Positions 11,735 to 24,901 of a stretch of DNA of 64,000 nt are shown here, in pieces. The translations under genes were made by a program, and so were the position numbers. The notes below the pieces were generated by a model, which ran no database searches, was not told where the DNA came from, and saw only the letters and a list, made by a program, of their open reading frames with translations. Position 1 is the stretch's first letter. Each line of letters begins with the position of its first letter. Source of the DNA: Bilabrum cf. latius (Eukaryota); NCBI GenBank assembly GCA_965178125.1, contig OZ237748.1, positions 1,054,001 to 1,118,000 on the forward strand, written 5' to 3'.

Positions 11735-14700
11735 TGGGACTACGGTAGCGTCTACTGGTGATTAATCAGACCTGCGACCGTGACGAGTGGGCTGCGAGGA
11801 TCCGCTACACCGACCATGCGCGGCGTGTATCAACCAGCGTGACCGCTCAGTCACTTCGGGAGGATTTCCCGAGGCCGAGCGCGATTTTTATTTCAAAAAG
11901 ACCGCACTCAGCATGGGAGTATATTATACGCAAGCAAGTAACTATGAGGCAGGCGGCGAGACGCAGTAGCAACGCACGATTGCGGGCATCTGGCCCTACG
12001 AACAGAGAGCCATGTTGTACCTTAGACGCAGTTTCGCGTGGATAAGCATAAATAGTGCCTATCACGCCAGTGCCTTGATCCAGTTAAATGGGAATTGACG
12101 CACAAGGGCCAAGAAAGAACGACCGGGGTGTGAACCGCTGAATATATTGCACGCTTACAGCCCGCGACGTCTCTCGCGATAAACGTTTTCGCGCGATAAG
12201 GAACCCAGCAACATGTTGAACGCATATTCGCGACAGGAATATGGCAGGTAATATGTATTTTGGGGGGAAAACAAAGAACTCGAGGCCGGACGACCTATTT
12301 TTACTACCGGACCAGTACGCATCTTGCTTGTCATCTCAAGGCTGCCGGTGGGCCGGTGGCCCTGCGATGTCGCTTGTATGCTGTCCCCATGTTTGAAAGG
12401 GGAGCTGGGCAGGAGGAGCGGGTGGCTGTGGCCGAGGGAGAGAGCGGCCGTCGGAGGCGGCGCGTGCTCTTTGAGCTTGTCATGAGTCTTTCGCCTGCAT
12501 GTGTTTGTGTGTGGGGTAGGCTGTGCTTGCTTTGGAGTAGGATGGCGCGTTGTGGTGTGAGCGCCTGTTTCCTTGCAGACCAGTGCGCATCTTGCTTGTC
12601 ATCTCAAGGCTGCCGGTGTGGCGGTGGCCCTGCGATGTCGCTTGTATGCTGTCCCCATGTTTGAAAGGGGAGCTGGGCAGGAGGAGCGGGTGGCTGTGGC
12701 CGAGGGAGAGCGCGGCCGTCGGAGGAGGCGCGTGCTCTTTGAGCTTGTCATGAGTCTGTCGCCTGCATGTGTTTGTGTGTGGGATAGGCTGTGCTTGCTG
12801 TGGAGTAGGATGGCGCGTTGTGGTGTGAGCGCCTGTTTCCTTGCAGACCAGTGCGCATCTTGCTTGTCATCTCAAGGCTGCCGGTGTGGCGGTGGCCCTG
12901 CGATGTCGCTTGTATGCTGTCTCCATGTTTGAAAGGGGAGCTGGGCAGGAGGAGCGGGTGGCTGTGGCCGAGGGAGAGAGCGGCCGTCGGAGGAGGCGCG
13001 TGCTCTTTGAGCTTGTCATGAGTCTTTCGCCTGCATGTGTTTGTGTGTGGGATAGGCTGTGCTTGCTGTGGAGTAGGATGGCGCGTTGTGGTGTGAGCGC
13101 CTGTTTCCTTGCTGACCAGTGCGCATCTTGCTTGTCATCTCAAGGCTGCCGGTGTGGCGGTGGCCCTGCGATGTCGCTTGTATGCTGTCCCCATGTTTGA
13201 AAGGGGAGCTGGGCAGGAGGAGCGGGTGGCTGTGGCCGAGGGAGAGAGCGGCCGTCGGAGGAGGCGCGTGCTCTTTGAGCTTGTCATGAGTCTTTCGCCT
13301 GCATGTGTTTGTGTGTGGGGTAGGCTGTGCTTGCTTTGGAGTAGGATGGCGCGTTGTGGTGTGAGCGCCTGTTTCCTTGCTGACCAGTGCGCATCTTGCT
13401 TGTCATCTCAAGGCTGCCGGTGTGGCGGTGGCCCTGCGATGTCGCTTGTATGCTGTCCCCATGCTTGAAAGGGGAGCTGGGCAGGAGGAGCGGGTGGCTG
13501 TGGCCGAGGGAGAGCGCGGCCGTCGGAGGAGGCGCGTGCTCTTTGAGCTTGTCATGAGTCTTTCGCCTGCATGTGTTTGTGTGTGGGGTAGGCTGTGCTT
13601 GCTTTGGAGTAGGATGGCGCGTTGTGGTGTGAGCGCCTGTTTCCTTGCTGACCAGTGCGCATCTTGCTTGTCATCTCGAGGCTGCCGGTGTGGCGGTGGC
13701 CCTGCGATGTCGCTTGTATGCTGTCCCCATGTTTGAAAGGGGAGCTGGGCAGGAGGAGCGGGTGGCTGTGGCCGAGGGAGAGAGCGGCCGTCGGAGGAGG
13801 CGCGTGCTCTTTGAGCTTGTCATGAGTCTTTCGCCTGCATGTATTTGTGTGTGGGGTAGGCTGTGCTTGCTTTGGAGTAGGATGGCGCGTTGTGGTGTGA
13901 GCGCCTGTTTCCTTGCTGACCAGTGCGCATCTTGCTTGTCATCTCGAGGCTGCCGGTGTGGCGGTGGCCCTGCGATGTCGCTTGTATGCTGTCCCCATGT
14001 TTGAAAGGGGAGCTGGGCAGGAGGAGCGGGTGGCTGTGGCCGAGGGAGAGCGCGGCCGTCGGAGGAGGCGCGTGCTCTTTGAGCTTGTCATGAGTCTTTC
14101 GCCTGCATGTGTTTGTGTGTGGGGTAGGCTGTGCTTGCTTTGGAGTAGGATGGCGCGTTGTGGTGTGAGCGCCTGTTTCCTTGCTGACCAGTGCGCATCT
14201 TGCTTGTCATCTCAAGGCTGCCGGTGTGGCGGTGGCCCTGCGATGTCGCTTGTATGCTGTCCCCATGTTAGAAAGGGGAGCTGGGCAGGAGGAGCGGGTG
14301 GCTGTGGCCGAGGGAGAGCGCGGCCGTCGGAGGAGGCGCGTGCTCTTTGAGCTTGTCATGAGTCTTTCGCCTGCACGTGTTTGTGTGTGGGATAGGCTGT
14401 GCTTGCTGTGGAGTAGGATGGCGCGTTGTGGTGTGAGCGCCTGTTTCCTTGCTGACCAGTGCGCATCCTGCTTGTCATCTCAAGGCTGCCGGTGTGGCGG
14501 TGGCCCTGCGATGTCGCTTGTATGCTGTCCCCATGTTTGAAAGGGGAGCTGGGCAGGAGGAGCGGGTGGCTGTGGCCGAGGGAGAGAGCGGCCGTCGGAG
14601 GAGGCGCGTGCTCTTTGAGCTTGTCATGAGTCTTTCGCCTGCACGTGTTTGTGTGTGGGATAGGCTGTGCTTGCTGTGGAGTAGGATGGCGCGTTGTGGT

Positions 14701-17700
14701 GTGAGCGCCTGTTTCCTTGCTGACCAGTGCGCATCTTGCTTGTCATCTCAAGGCTGCCGGTGTGGCGGTGGCCCTGCGATGTCGCTTGTATGCTGTCCCC
14801 ATGTTTGAAAGGGGAGCTGGGCAGGAGGAGCGGGTGGCTGTGGCCGAGGGAGAGCGCGGCCGTCGGAGGAGGCGCGTGCTCTTTGAGCTTGTCATGAGTC
14901 TGTCGCCTGCATGTGTTTGTGTGTGGGGTAGGCTGTGCTTGCTTTGGAGTAGGATGGCGCGTTGTGGTGTGAGCGCCTGTTTCCTTGCTGACCAGTGCGC
15001 ATCCTGCTTGTCATCTCAAGGCTGCCGGTGTGGCGGTGGCCCTGCGATGTCGCTTGTATGCTGTCCCCATGCTTGAAAGGGGAGCTGGGCAGGAGGAGCG
15101 GGTGGCTGTGGCCGAGGGAGAGCGCGGCCGTCGGAGGAGGCGCGTGCTCTTTGAGCTTGTCATGAGTCTTTCGCCTGCATGCGTTTGTGGGTGGGGTAGG
15201 CTGTGCTTGCTTTGGAGTAGGATGGCGCGTTGTGGTGTGAGCGCCTGTTTCCTTGCTGACCAGTGCGCATCTTGCTTGTCATCTCGAGGCTGCCGGTGTG
15301 GCGGTGGCCCTGCGATGTCGCTTGTATGCTGTCCCCATGTTAGAAAGGGGAGCTGGGCAGGAGGAGCGGGTGGCTGTGGCCGAGGGAGAGAGCGGCCGTC
15401 GGAGGAGGCGCGTGCTCTTTGAGCTTGTCATGAGTCTTTCGCCTGCACGTGTTTGTGTGTGGGGTAGGCTGTGCTTGCTGTGGAGTAGGATGGCGCGTTG
15501 TGGTGTGAGCGCCTGTTTCCTTGCTGACCAGTGCGCATCTTGCTTGTCATCTCAAGGCTGCCGGTGTGGCGGTGGCCCTGCGATGTCGCTTGTATGCTGT
15601 CCCCATGTTTGAAAGGGGAGCTGGGCAGGAGGAGCGGGTGGCTGTGGCCGAGGGAGAGCGCGGCCGTCGGAGGAGGCGCGTGCTCTTTGAGCTTGTCATG
15701 AGTATTTCGCCTGCACGTGTTTGTGTGTGGGATAGGCTGTGCTTGCTGTGGAGTAGGATGGCGCGTTGTGGTGTGAGCGCCTGTTTCCTTGCTGACCAGT
15801 GCGCATCTTGCTTGTCATCTCAAGGCTGCCGATGTGGCGGTGGCCCTGCGATGTCGCTTGTATGCTGTCCCCATGTTTGAAAGGGGAGCTGGGCAGGAGG
15901 AGCGGGTGGCTGTGGCCGAGGGAGAGAGCGGCCGTCGGAGGAGGCGCGTGCTCTTTGAGCTTGTCATGAGTATTTCGCCTGCACGTGTTTGTGTGTGGGA
16001 TAGGCTGTGCTTGCTGTGGAGTAGGATGGCGCGTTGTGGTGTGAGCGCCTGTTTCCTTGCTGACCAGTGCGCATCCTGCTTGTCATCTCAAGGCTGCCGG
16101 TGTGGCGGTGGCCCTGCGATGTCGCTTGTATGCTGTCCCCATGTTTGAAAGGGGAGCTGGGCAGGAGGAGCGGGTGGCTGTGGCCGAGGGAGAGAGCGGC
16201 CGTCGGAGGAGGCGCGTGCTCTTTGAGCTTGTCATGAGTCTTTCGCCTGCACGTGTTTGTGTGTGGGATAGGCTGTGCTTGCTGTGGAGTAGGATGGCGC
16301 GTTGTGGTGTGAGCGCCTGTTTCCTTGCTGACCAGTGGGCATCTTGCTTGTCATCTCAAGGCTGCCGGTGTGGCGGTGGCCCTGCGATGTCGCTTGTATG
16401 CTGTCCCCATGTTTGAAAGGGGAGCTGGGCAGGAGGAGCGGGTGGCTGTGGCCGAGGGAGAGCGCGGCCGTCGGAGGAGGCGCGTGCTCCTTGAGCTTGT
16501 CATGAGTCTGTCGCCTGCATGTGTTTGTGTGTGGGGTAGGCTGTGCTTGCTTTGGAGTAGGATGGCGCGTTGTGGTGCGAGCGCCTGTTTCCTTGCAGAC
16601 CAGTGCGCATCCTGCTTGTCATCTCAAGGCTGCCGGTGTGGCGGTGGCCCTGCGATGTCGCTTGTATGCTGTCCCCATGTTTGAAAGGGGAGCTGGGCAG
16701 GAGGAGCGGGTGGCTGTGGCCGAGGGAGAGCGCGGCCGTCGGAGGAGGCGCGTGCTCTTTGAGCTTGTCATGAGTCTTTCGCCTGCATGTGTTTGTGTGT
16801 GGGGTAGGCTGTGCTTGCTTTGGAGTAGGATGGCGCGTTGTGGTGTGAGCGCCTGTTTCCTTGCTGACCAGTGCGCATCCTGCTTGTCATCTCAAGGCTG
16901 CCGGTGTGGCGGTGGCCCTGCGATGTCGCTTGTATGCTGTCCCCATGTTTGAAAGGGGAGCTGGGCAGGAGGAGCGGGTGGCTGTGGCCGAGGGAGAGCG
17001 CGGCCGTCGGAGGAGGCGCGTGCTCTTTGAGCTTGTCATGAGTCTTTCGCCTGCACGTGTTTGTGGGTGGGGTAGGCTGTGCTTGCTTTGGAGTAGGATG
17101 GCGCGTTGTGGTGTGAGCGCCTGTTTCCTTGCAGACCAGTGCGCACCTTGCTTGTCATCTCGAGGCTGCCGGTGTGGCGGTGGCCCTGCGATGTCGCTTG
17201 TATGCTGTCCCCATGTTTGAAAGGGGAGCTGGGCAGGAGGAGCGGGTGGCTGTGGCCGAGGGAGAGCGCGGCCGTCGGAGGAGGCGCGTGCTCTTTGAGC
17301 TTGTCATGAGTCTTTCGCCTGCATGTGTTTGTGTGTGGGGTAGGCTGTGCTTGCTGTGGAGTAGGATGGCGCGTTGTGGTGTGAGCGCCTGTTTCCTTGC
17401 TGACCAGTGCGCATCTTGCTTGTCATCTCAAGGCTGCCGGTGTGGCGGTGGCCCTGCGATGTCGCTTGTATGCTGTCCCCATGTTTGAAAGGGGAGCTGG
17501 GCAGGAGGAGCGGGTGGCTGTGGCCGAGGGAGAGAGCGGCCGTCGGAGGAGGCGCGTGCTCTTTGAGCTTGTCATGAGTCTTTCGCCTGCATGTGTTTGT
17601 GTGTGGGGTAGGCTGTGCTTGCTTTGGAGTAGGATGGCGCGTTGTGGTGTGAGCGCCTGTTTCCTTGCTGACCAGTGCGCATCTTGCTTGTCATCTCAAG

Positions 17701-20700
17701 GCTGCCGGTGTGGCGGTGGCCCTGCGATGTCGCTTGTATGCTGTCCCCATGTTTGAAAGGGGAGCTGGGCAGGAGGAGCGGGTGGCTGTGGCCGAGGGAG
17801 AGCGCGGCCGTCGGAGGAGGCGCGTGCTCTTTGAGCTTGTCATGAGTCTGTCGCCTGCACGTGTTTGTGTGTGGGGTAGGCTGTGCTTGCTTTGAAGTAG
17901 GATGGCGCGTTGTGGTGTGAGCGCCTGTTTCCTTGCTGACCAGTGCTCATCTTGCTTGTCACCTCAAGGCTGCCGGTGTGATGGTAGCCATTAGCTCTTG
18001 TGTAGTCCGGTGTTTGGTAGTGGCTGTTGTTTTATTGCTGCTATCGGTCTCGCACCCGCTTTTTTTACCTTTCTTTTCACACAGCACCTACCCGTGACCC
18101 GCCATACTCTTGTACTGCTTGTTGTGCGTAACACCGGACTTGATTGAGATGAGCTCGGCTTCGTCACCTGGTGGACTGGGTTGCGCTAGAGTGCATGGTC
18201 AATAGGGCGAAACACTTTGGCGTGTTGTGGAGTGGGAGGGTGTTAAGGTTGATAGCTTGGGGGTCAATATTGGACCGGAGCGTTCAGAGCCGAGCAGGCG
18301 GCTACGTCGGTCTCACTGAGGCTCGTTTCCGGTTTGTATACACGACTACACCCTGCCGCAGATTGCCAAGGGAGGCACAGAGGGGCAGTCGCGTTGGTTC
18401 GCATCCGCTGAGCTAGCATGGGCTGTCCGAAGAGGGCTACGGCAGTGTCCCGCAGCGAGACCACCGTGCGGGCAAGGGCCCGAGGACCAAGTGGTGGGGT
18501 GGGGGCCCCAGCTTCCAAGCATGCTGGGGAACCCAGGGGTCCCTCGGGCCAAGTGGGGAGTCCTGAGGGTACCTGACCATCAGGTTGGGGGCCCGAGGGA
18601 ACAAGTGCTGGGCAGGGTCGAGCCTGACCCCTGCCAGCAATCACTGCTCCCAGGCGCCGGATGTACCATTAGCGCCTCGAAAAGGGGAATCATCAGACAA
18701 CAGGTGGGACGATGTCGGGTAGGGCGACGCCGACGAGGTGGCCACGGGAAGGGCCGCAGAGGGAAGCGCGCGAGACGGGCGCTGGGGGGGTGTTGGCGAG
18801 GAGATGTGATTGAGTGGGAATGTTGGGTTGATATAGCGTGTCTGGTTGGAGGAGTCTGGGCCGAGTGAGCCCATGGGACTACGGTAGCGTCTACTGGTGA
18901 TTAATCAGACCTGCGACCGTGACGAGTGGGCTGCGAGGATCCGCTACACCGACCATGCGCGGCGTGTATCAACCAGCGTGACCGCTCAGTCACTTCGGGA
19001 GGATTTCCCGAGGCCGAGCGCGATTTTTATTTTTATTTTTATTTTCTGGTGCTCTCCCAGGGAGACAACGCGATACCCTAACGGATTTGGATCGGCTGAC
19101 GGGAGAGGGCTCTTTATCGGAAAAGATGAGCGAGCGGCCCAAAGTCGGACCGGTGAGCTGGGCAACATGCGACCATGTACCAGCAGCTACAGGGGTGGTT
19201 AGGAAGCTGAAGAGTAGAGTCGAGAAGAGGGGTTGCGATGGCAGCCGAGGTTGGGACCAGCAACCGCAGGAAAAGTTGCGGGAACCCAGATGGAGGGAGT
19301 ATGGCAGGAGCCACATCGACTGCAGACACGGCGGCCTGCACCGGGGGGCGTGTGGTGCGACTAACAACTAGGTATACTCCGAGAGGGCGCACGCCAGCTA
19401 GCCGCTATGTGCCCCTCCGTTGCTCAATAACAGCAAACGCTGAGTCTTGCAGCTCGGGACTGGAACGTCACCCACGGTTGGGCAGACCCAGACTTGACCT
19501 GTAGGAGAGTATACTTACGTTGGCAGTTGCGCCATACCAGCCTTGGAGCAGGTTCTCGTGTAAAAGCTGAGTAAAGGCGAGGCTCGCACGGAATGGGAGA
19601 GATCTTACATCCGCGCAACGCACTTGAACGTGCGAGCCAGGGAGGCGACGCGACGATCGGAAGCTAATGCTGGAGCTGCAGAGGGCCTGCAGTAACAGCG
19701 AGAACCCGCCGGTGGCAGCGCAATGCTAGCCATCGGAAGGCAGGGCGGCCGCAATAGTGCGGTTGATGAATGTCAGCCAGGGTGGCGCGTTGGTCTTACA
19801 CCGGAACGCACACACCTGGTCGCTCTGTCCTCGTACACTCGCAGGACCTACGTTGAACGATGGCACGGGCCGAAACGGCAGAACGTACATCCGGATGCCT
19901 GGTACCTGCGCTGTGGGGAGGGGTGAGGCCAATGATCGGCGGTGGCCGGGCCCAGAACACACAGTGCCCTTCGCGTACGCTGGCGAGCCCCGTCCAATGG
20001 GGTGGCGTATTGCGCGGGGACTGGGAGCGACGCCCGGACGGCGAAGCCTCAGAGTGTGGGTCTGCACAGCTAGAGAGGAGAGTCTGGAGCTGTGGCGGCG
20101 GCAGGGAGCCAATGCCATAGCATGAGCGGGACGATTCCTGCGCGGCTAACCACTGCTCTGATGCCCCCACGGTGGGGCGGAAGAGCGGTAAAGCAGCTAT
20201 ACCTGGTACTGGGGTGGTGGGGCGATTGGCCCTCAATGGTAGCTGGGTGACGACCGCGCCAGCCTCTGTCACGACGCAGGCCCTAGCCGAGGAGGTAGGC
20301 GATGGGAGCGATCGTGGGGGTGGGCTAGCTCAGTTTGATTTTTTTTCCTTTTGGGGGATTGCCGACTCTAGGTCGAGTCCCGGCGTGGGGAGTCCTGAGG
20401 GTACCTGACCATCAGGTTGGGGGCCCGAGGGAACAAGTGCTGGGCAGGGTCGAGCCTGACCCCTGCCAGCAATCACTGCTCCCAGGCGCCGGATGTACCA
20501 TTAGCGCCTCGAAAAGGGGAATCATCAGACAACAGGTGGGACGATGTCGGGTAGGGCGACGCCGACGAGGTGGCCACGGGAAGGGCCGCAGAGGGAAGCG
20601 CGCGAGACGGGCGCTGGGGGGGTGTTGGCGAGGAGATGTGATTGAGTGGGAATGTTGGGTTGATATAGCGTGTCTGGTTGGAGGAGTCTGGGCCGAGTGA

Positions 20701-20705
20701 GCCCA
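11735..20705. mobile_element. Non-coding split-direct-repeat element (putative non-autonomous YR retroelement) carrying a satellite array
   Basis: Repeats A1 11735-11893, B1 18553-18873, A2 18874-19032, B2 20385-20705. It interrupts the host motif aaatt|g(c/t)attgaagctgtgagggaacgttcgtca that is intact at ~2296 and ~5144. No TSD. Confidence 0.8.
12309..17980. repeat. 268-bp tandem satellite, ~21 units
   Basis: Units recur every 268 bp (12577, 12845, 13113 ... 17937) with few SNPs. Confidence 0.97.
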
Positions 20706-20828
20706 GTATTGAAGCTGTGAGGGAACGTTCGTCAAACGGAGCCAGAATTCCGGAAAGTGTACCCAACTTCAAAATCTCCCCTATTTGGACTAGGCAGATT
20801 TTTAGAAAACTAGACCACGGCTGGACTG

Positions 20829-20975
20829 CCTCATGATCCCACCTCCCTCTTGGCCCTCCTCAGCGCCTGCACCACCCCCTCAAGGCTCCTCACAGACCAT
20901 CCTCGCCTCATGATCCCACCTCCCTCTTGGCCCTCCTCAGCGCCTGCACCACCCTCTCAAGGCTCCTCACAGACC
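20829..20975. repeat. ~78-bp tandem duplication
   Basis: cctcatgatcccacctccctcttggccctcctcagcgcc... occurs twice. Confidence 0.85.
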
Positions 20976-21209
20976 CGCTTGCCATGCTTCCAGTCATTGA
21001 ATTCGTCTCGCTGCAGTTCACGATGGTTCTTAGTGTCCTAGCCTCACGGTGACTTGGGGCATGGGTCAGTAGCCGGTGCAATCGATAGCTATGCGAGGGG
21101 ACGATCCGCCGCCGCTGGATCGTCGGGTTAGCATGGATCGTCGGTTGAGCTGGACACGTTGTTCCGCGAGAGGGGTGGGGTTCGATCCCGGTGGGAGAGG
21201 GAACAAGCC

Positions 21210-21485
21210 TGGTATTAAGGAGACAGAGTCTGATTCGTTGTTGACGTCAAATGAGATGATAAGCGTCTGTGCGATGAGGATGGCTCTGCGAAGAAGGAGA
21301 ACGCCGCAACACCTTGTCCGTAGGTGGGAAGAGGAATTGTAGCGTTAGACATCGTAATCTGATTAACGGAAGAGGCAGGCCACGAAGAGTGGAGGTTGGC
21401 ATTTCTCCAGTCAATCGCCTCCATTCGGGGTGGAAGAGCTCAGGACTGACAGATCGTCTTGAATTCTTTTGAAGTCACGATGTCA
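21210..21485 (+). mobile_element. 276-bp mini-element: A repeat plus the last 15 bp of the B repeat of the family-2 retrotransposon
   Basis: Reverse complement of 26638-26898, followed by gaagtcacgatgtca (reverse complement of 26476-26490). Confidence 0.85.
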
Positions 21486-23402
21486 GAGAAGGATGCACTG
21501 CACGGTGGTGCAAGCAGCCCGCACCCAGGCCCGGAGGCAGCAACGGAGGCGGGGCGTCTGGCGGGTGCATCGCACGGTGGTGCTGACGGTCGGCAAAGGA
21601 TTTCGGACGGTTCCGGAGTCTCGTATGGCGTGACGAGTGCACGCCCCCGCTGGGAGCAGGACGGCCTCACGAGGCAAGAGAGGGAGAAGCAAGCAGAAAC
21701 AGACCCAGGCGAGAGGAAGGCCACCGAGCATCAGAGGCAGGAGCAGGAACAGGAGCAGGAACTGGGGCAGGAACCGGGGCAGGGACAGCCATTGGCTCAA
21801 TCCCGCTGGTTGCAGCCGCAGCCGCAAGGTTCTCCGTCCCTGTCCCTGTCCCAGTCCCAGCAGCAGCAGCAGCAACAACAGGAGCAGCAGCAGCAGCAAC
21901 AACAGGAGCAGCAGCAGCAGCAACAACAGGAGCAGCAGCAGCAGCAACAACAGCAACAACAGGAGCGGACGCCTGCCAAAGGGGGCGCTAGAGGGTACAG
22001 CCCCGCCCCCGTCATGGGGACGCGCCCGTCACACGCTTAGAACTCGCCGCAATACCGGCAGCAGCAGCAGCAGCATAGCGCGCCCGTTGGTGTGACGAGT
22101 GCGGCCCAGATGGTGCTGCCGCGCACCGGAAGCAGCCGGAGCATCGGGGGCGGCGGTGTGACGAGTGGCAGCCGCATGCCGCAGGGCCCCCGCGTCTACT
22201 CGCCCCTCGCCGAGGCTGTGCGGGGGAGCAGCGGTGTGACGAGTGGTAGCCGCATGCCGCAGGGCCCCCGCGTCTACTCGCCCCTCGCCGAGGCCGTGCG
22301 GGGGAGCAGCGGTGTGACGAGTGGTAGCCGCATGCCGCAGGGCCCCCGCGTCTACTCGCCCCTCGCCGAGGCCGTGCGGGGGAGCAGCGGTGTGACGAGT
22401 GGTAATGGGTCGGGCACGGGCAGGTCGAGCGGCGGCGGCAGTCGCTTTAGCCGTGTGACGAGTGCATCGACCCCTGGGACCAAGCCGTCGCTGGCCGAGG
22501 CCGGGCGATCAGCCTCGTCTTCGTCTCTTTCGCGCTCCGGGTCTGGCCGCGGGCTGGGTGTGACGAGTGGTATCGGACAGGGGCGCAAGCAGCAGCGCAA
22601 TGTGACGAGTGAAGGGACGGATGTCTCTAAGCAGGCGTCCCAAGGTGCATCCGCCGGCACCTCACTAGAGATAGCAGCAGCGGCATCATCATCAGCATCG
22701 AGCATGCAGGCTTCCTCGGCCCCTGCCCCTGGCCCTGCTGCTTCTTCTCCTCCCGCGTGGTCCATCCACCAGTCTAGCTCCACAGGCCTGCTGTACTACC
22801 ACAATCGTCACACCGGCAAGACCCAGTGGGACGAACCCGCGGACCTCGACTGCCAGTACGAGGGATGGCAGCTGGCCGTGCTTCGTGTGACGAGTGAGGC
22901 GTTCAGGAGGCACGCGATGCCGGCCGCCACGGAGCTGCACGCCGCCAGGGAGCGGGTGCAGGCGCAGGAGCAGGAGGCCAAGCGGCTGCAGGAGGCGGCC
23001 GAGAGGAGGGCGGGGTACGGTGTGACGGGTGCTACGGCTGGTGGGGATGTGGCAGGTCTGGCGGGTGCTTCCGCAACAGACGCTTCTTCATCTGTGGAAA
23101 ATGCATCGCACGGCGGTGTCCCCGGCCGGTCGGACCGCCTCGTGCTGGAGCATGCGATCCAGGGTGCATCGAACGGCAGCGCACATCACTCGTCACACCA
23201 CCCCGCTAGATCTAGATCCAGTGGTGAGGAGGCCCCGTATGACCCCGAGCAGGACGCCAGCACGTGGAGCGCGCACGAAGACGAGGAGGGGCACCTGTTC
23301 TACTACAACGCGAGCACGGACAGGTCGGTGTGGGAGAGGCCGGCCTGTCTGGGGCCAGTGCCTGCCGGGTATGAGATGGTGGGTGGTGTGGGGGGCAGGT
23401 GA
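21480..23402 (+). CDS. Low-complexity (polyQ, GVTS repeats) protein with two WW domains; ends uncertain
   Basis: ORFs 21459-22040 and 22092-23402 join across one TAG. WW motifs PPAWSIHQSSSTGLLYYHNRHTGKTQWDEP and WSAHEDEEGHLFYYNASTDRSVWERP. Confidence 0.7.
22155..22402 (+). repeat. 78-bp coding tandem repeat x3 (GVTSGSRMPQGPRVYSPLAEAVRGSS)
   Basis: Directly visible. Confidence 0.9.
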
Positions 23403-24901
23403 TATTAGGCCTTGGGGGGAATAGCATCGTTTCAAGCTGGGATGTACACTTGGAGGCCTTTCCACATCGCAAGTCTTTTGTGGCTTGCAAGATATTCTCT
23501 GGCACTACCGGTGTGAGATTTCGTTGGGTCTCCAAACTTCTTCAAACCAACCGTCTCATTTGTTGCAGCGTGCAAGTCGTTCACATCTGTCTATCTCCCC
23601 GACTGACGTGACATGCGACAGACCGGCTGCTTAGTTCAGGCCTGTTTTACCGCCACTTACAAACTCTGCGTAGCCTATCCCTCACATCCGGATATCATAG
23701 ACTACAATCATATACTACGGGTAGACTTCATGCAAACGCACTGTTTCGAATGCACTGCGACAGAATTCCACTGAGATACTGCGCAACGGACCTCACCACT
23801 CCAGATTTTAGGAATAATACATTCATTAGCACGTTGTATGCCTGAATGAAAGCAATATATTCCTAAAGGACGTGCAACAATGCATCCAATATCATATGGA
23901 GGCCTGGCGAGCGATAGATTCGATACCATCAAGTCGGGAAATCGGGAAATGCAATTGTGTGCAGCCATTTCTATCAGTGGATTGAAAGTATGAAAGTACC
24001 AATGAATCCGTCCGTCGCATGCAATTGATGCTTTTAGCATATTGTTTCATTTAGGTGCTCCCGATGTGCCAAGGGGTCCCCATCATACGGGAGAACGAGG
24101 GAGATCTTTTGCTTGGCAGCCAGGCACGCGCCGCTGGTGGGAAGGCGGCAAGTTCACGCCTCAGGGGGTTACACCGGGCGACCAAAAACAATGCCCTGCA
24201 ACAAATGCTCTCAATACTTCATCTAGCTCAGATGCTATGGCATTCGAGCAAGTTGCGGCCTGGGGAAGGGCCCGCCAGGGACACAGCGGGTGCCCTTACC
24301 TGCATCGCCCCGCAAAAGATACCAGGCCAGCTTACGCGTTCAACCTGGTGCTTGAAGGATTGTACACGTATGTAGTCGAGATAGGTCCCATGCAGTTCAT
24401 CAAGGCAGGCTACTTTAGGGATACTCTAGAGTTTCGAGGCGCTTGGAGGAGCAGTCACAGTCGCCAGCGCTGGGGCTTCAAGTGCGACGTGCCGGCCCCG
24501 CTCCGACAGTTCGCTTGGAGGACCAGATTACCGTGTGAGATTGACGTATTTGTTGCCATCCGGATATGCACCGAATGTCGCTCCACTAGTATCGTCAATT
24601 GAAGAGACCGACGAGCAACCGGCTGATGGTCGCTCGTTGTTGCCATGCCTTGCATCGCACCTTAGAAGCCAAGTTTCGATTTCTATATCGCAGCAACTGA
24701 GGTTGTACTCGTCGATGCAAATCCAGTGTCTGCAAAGGGCGTGAAAAGGGATATTTCCCAGTCATTGAGACTGCCAGTACGAGGCAAGGAGTCGATTCGA
24801 GCAGCGACGGGGCGGCGGCAGGAGGTGCAAGCGACGCTGACAGTGTAGGAGGAAGTTCAGTCGATTCGAGCCGCCGAGAAATTGCAGTCGATGGATCGCA
24901 G

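Noticed and set aside
12309-17980. CRISPR array or repeated 119-aa genes
   Set aside because: There are no unique spacers, and 268 is not a multiple of 3, so the ORFs are artefacts of the satellite.
23400-24900. ORFs 23708-24040 and 24042-24602
   Set aside because: No motif recognised; they may be exons, but I cannot support a call.
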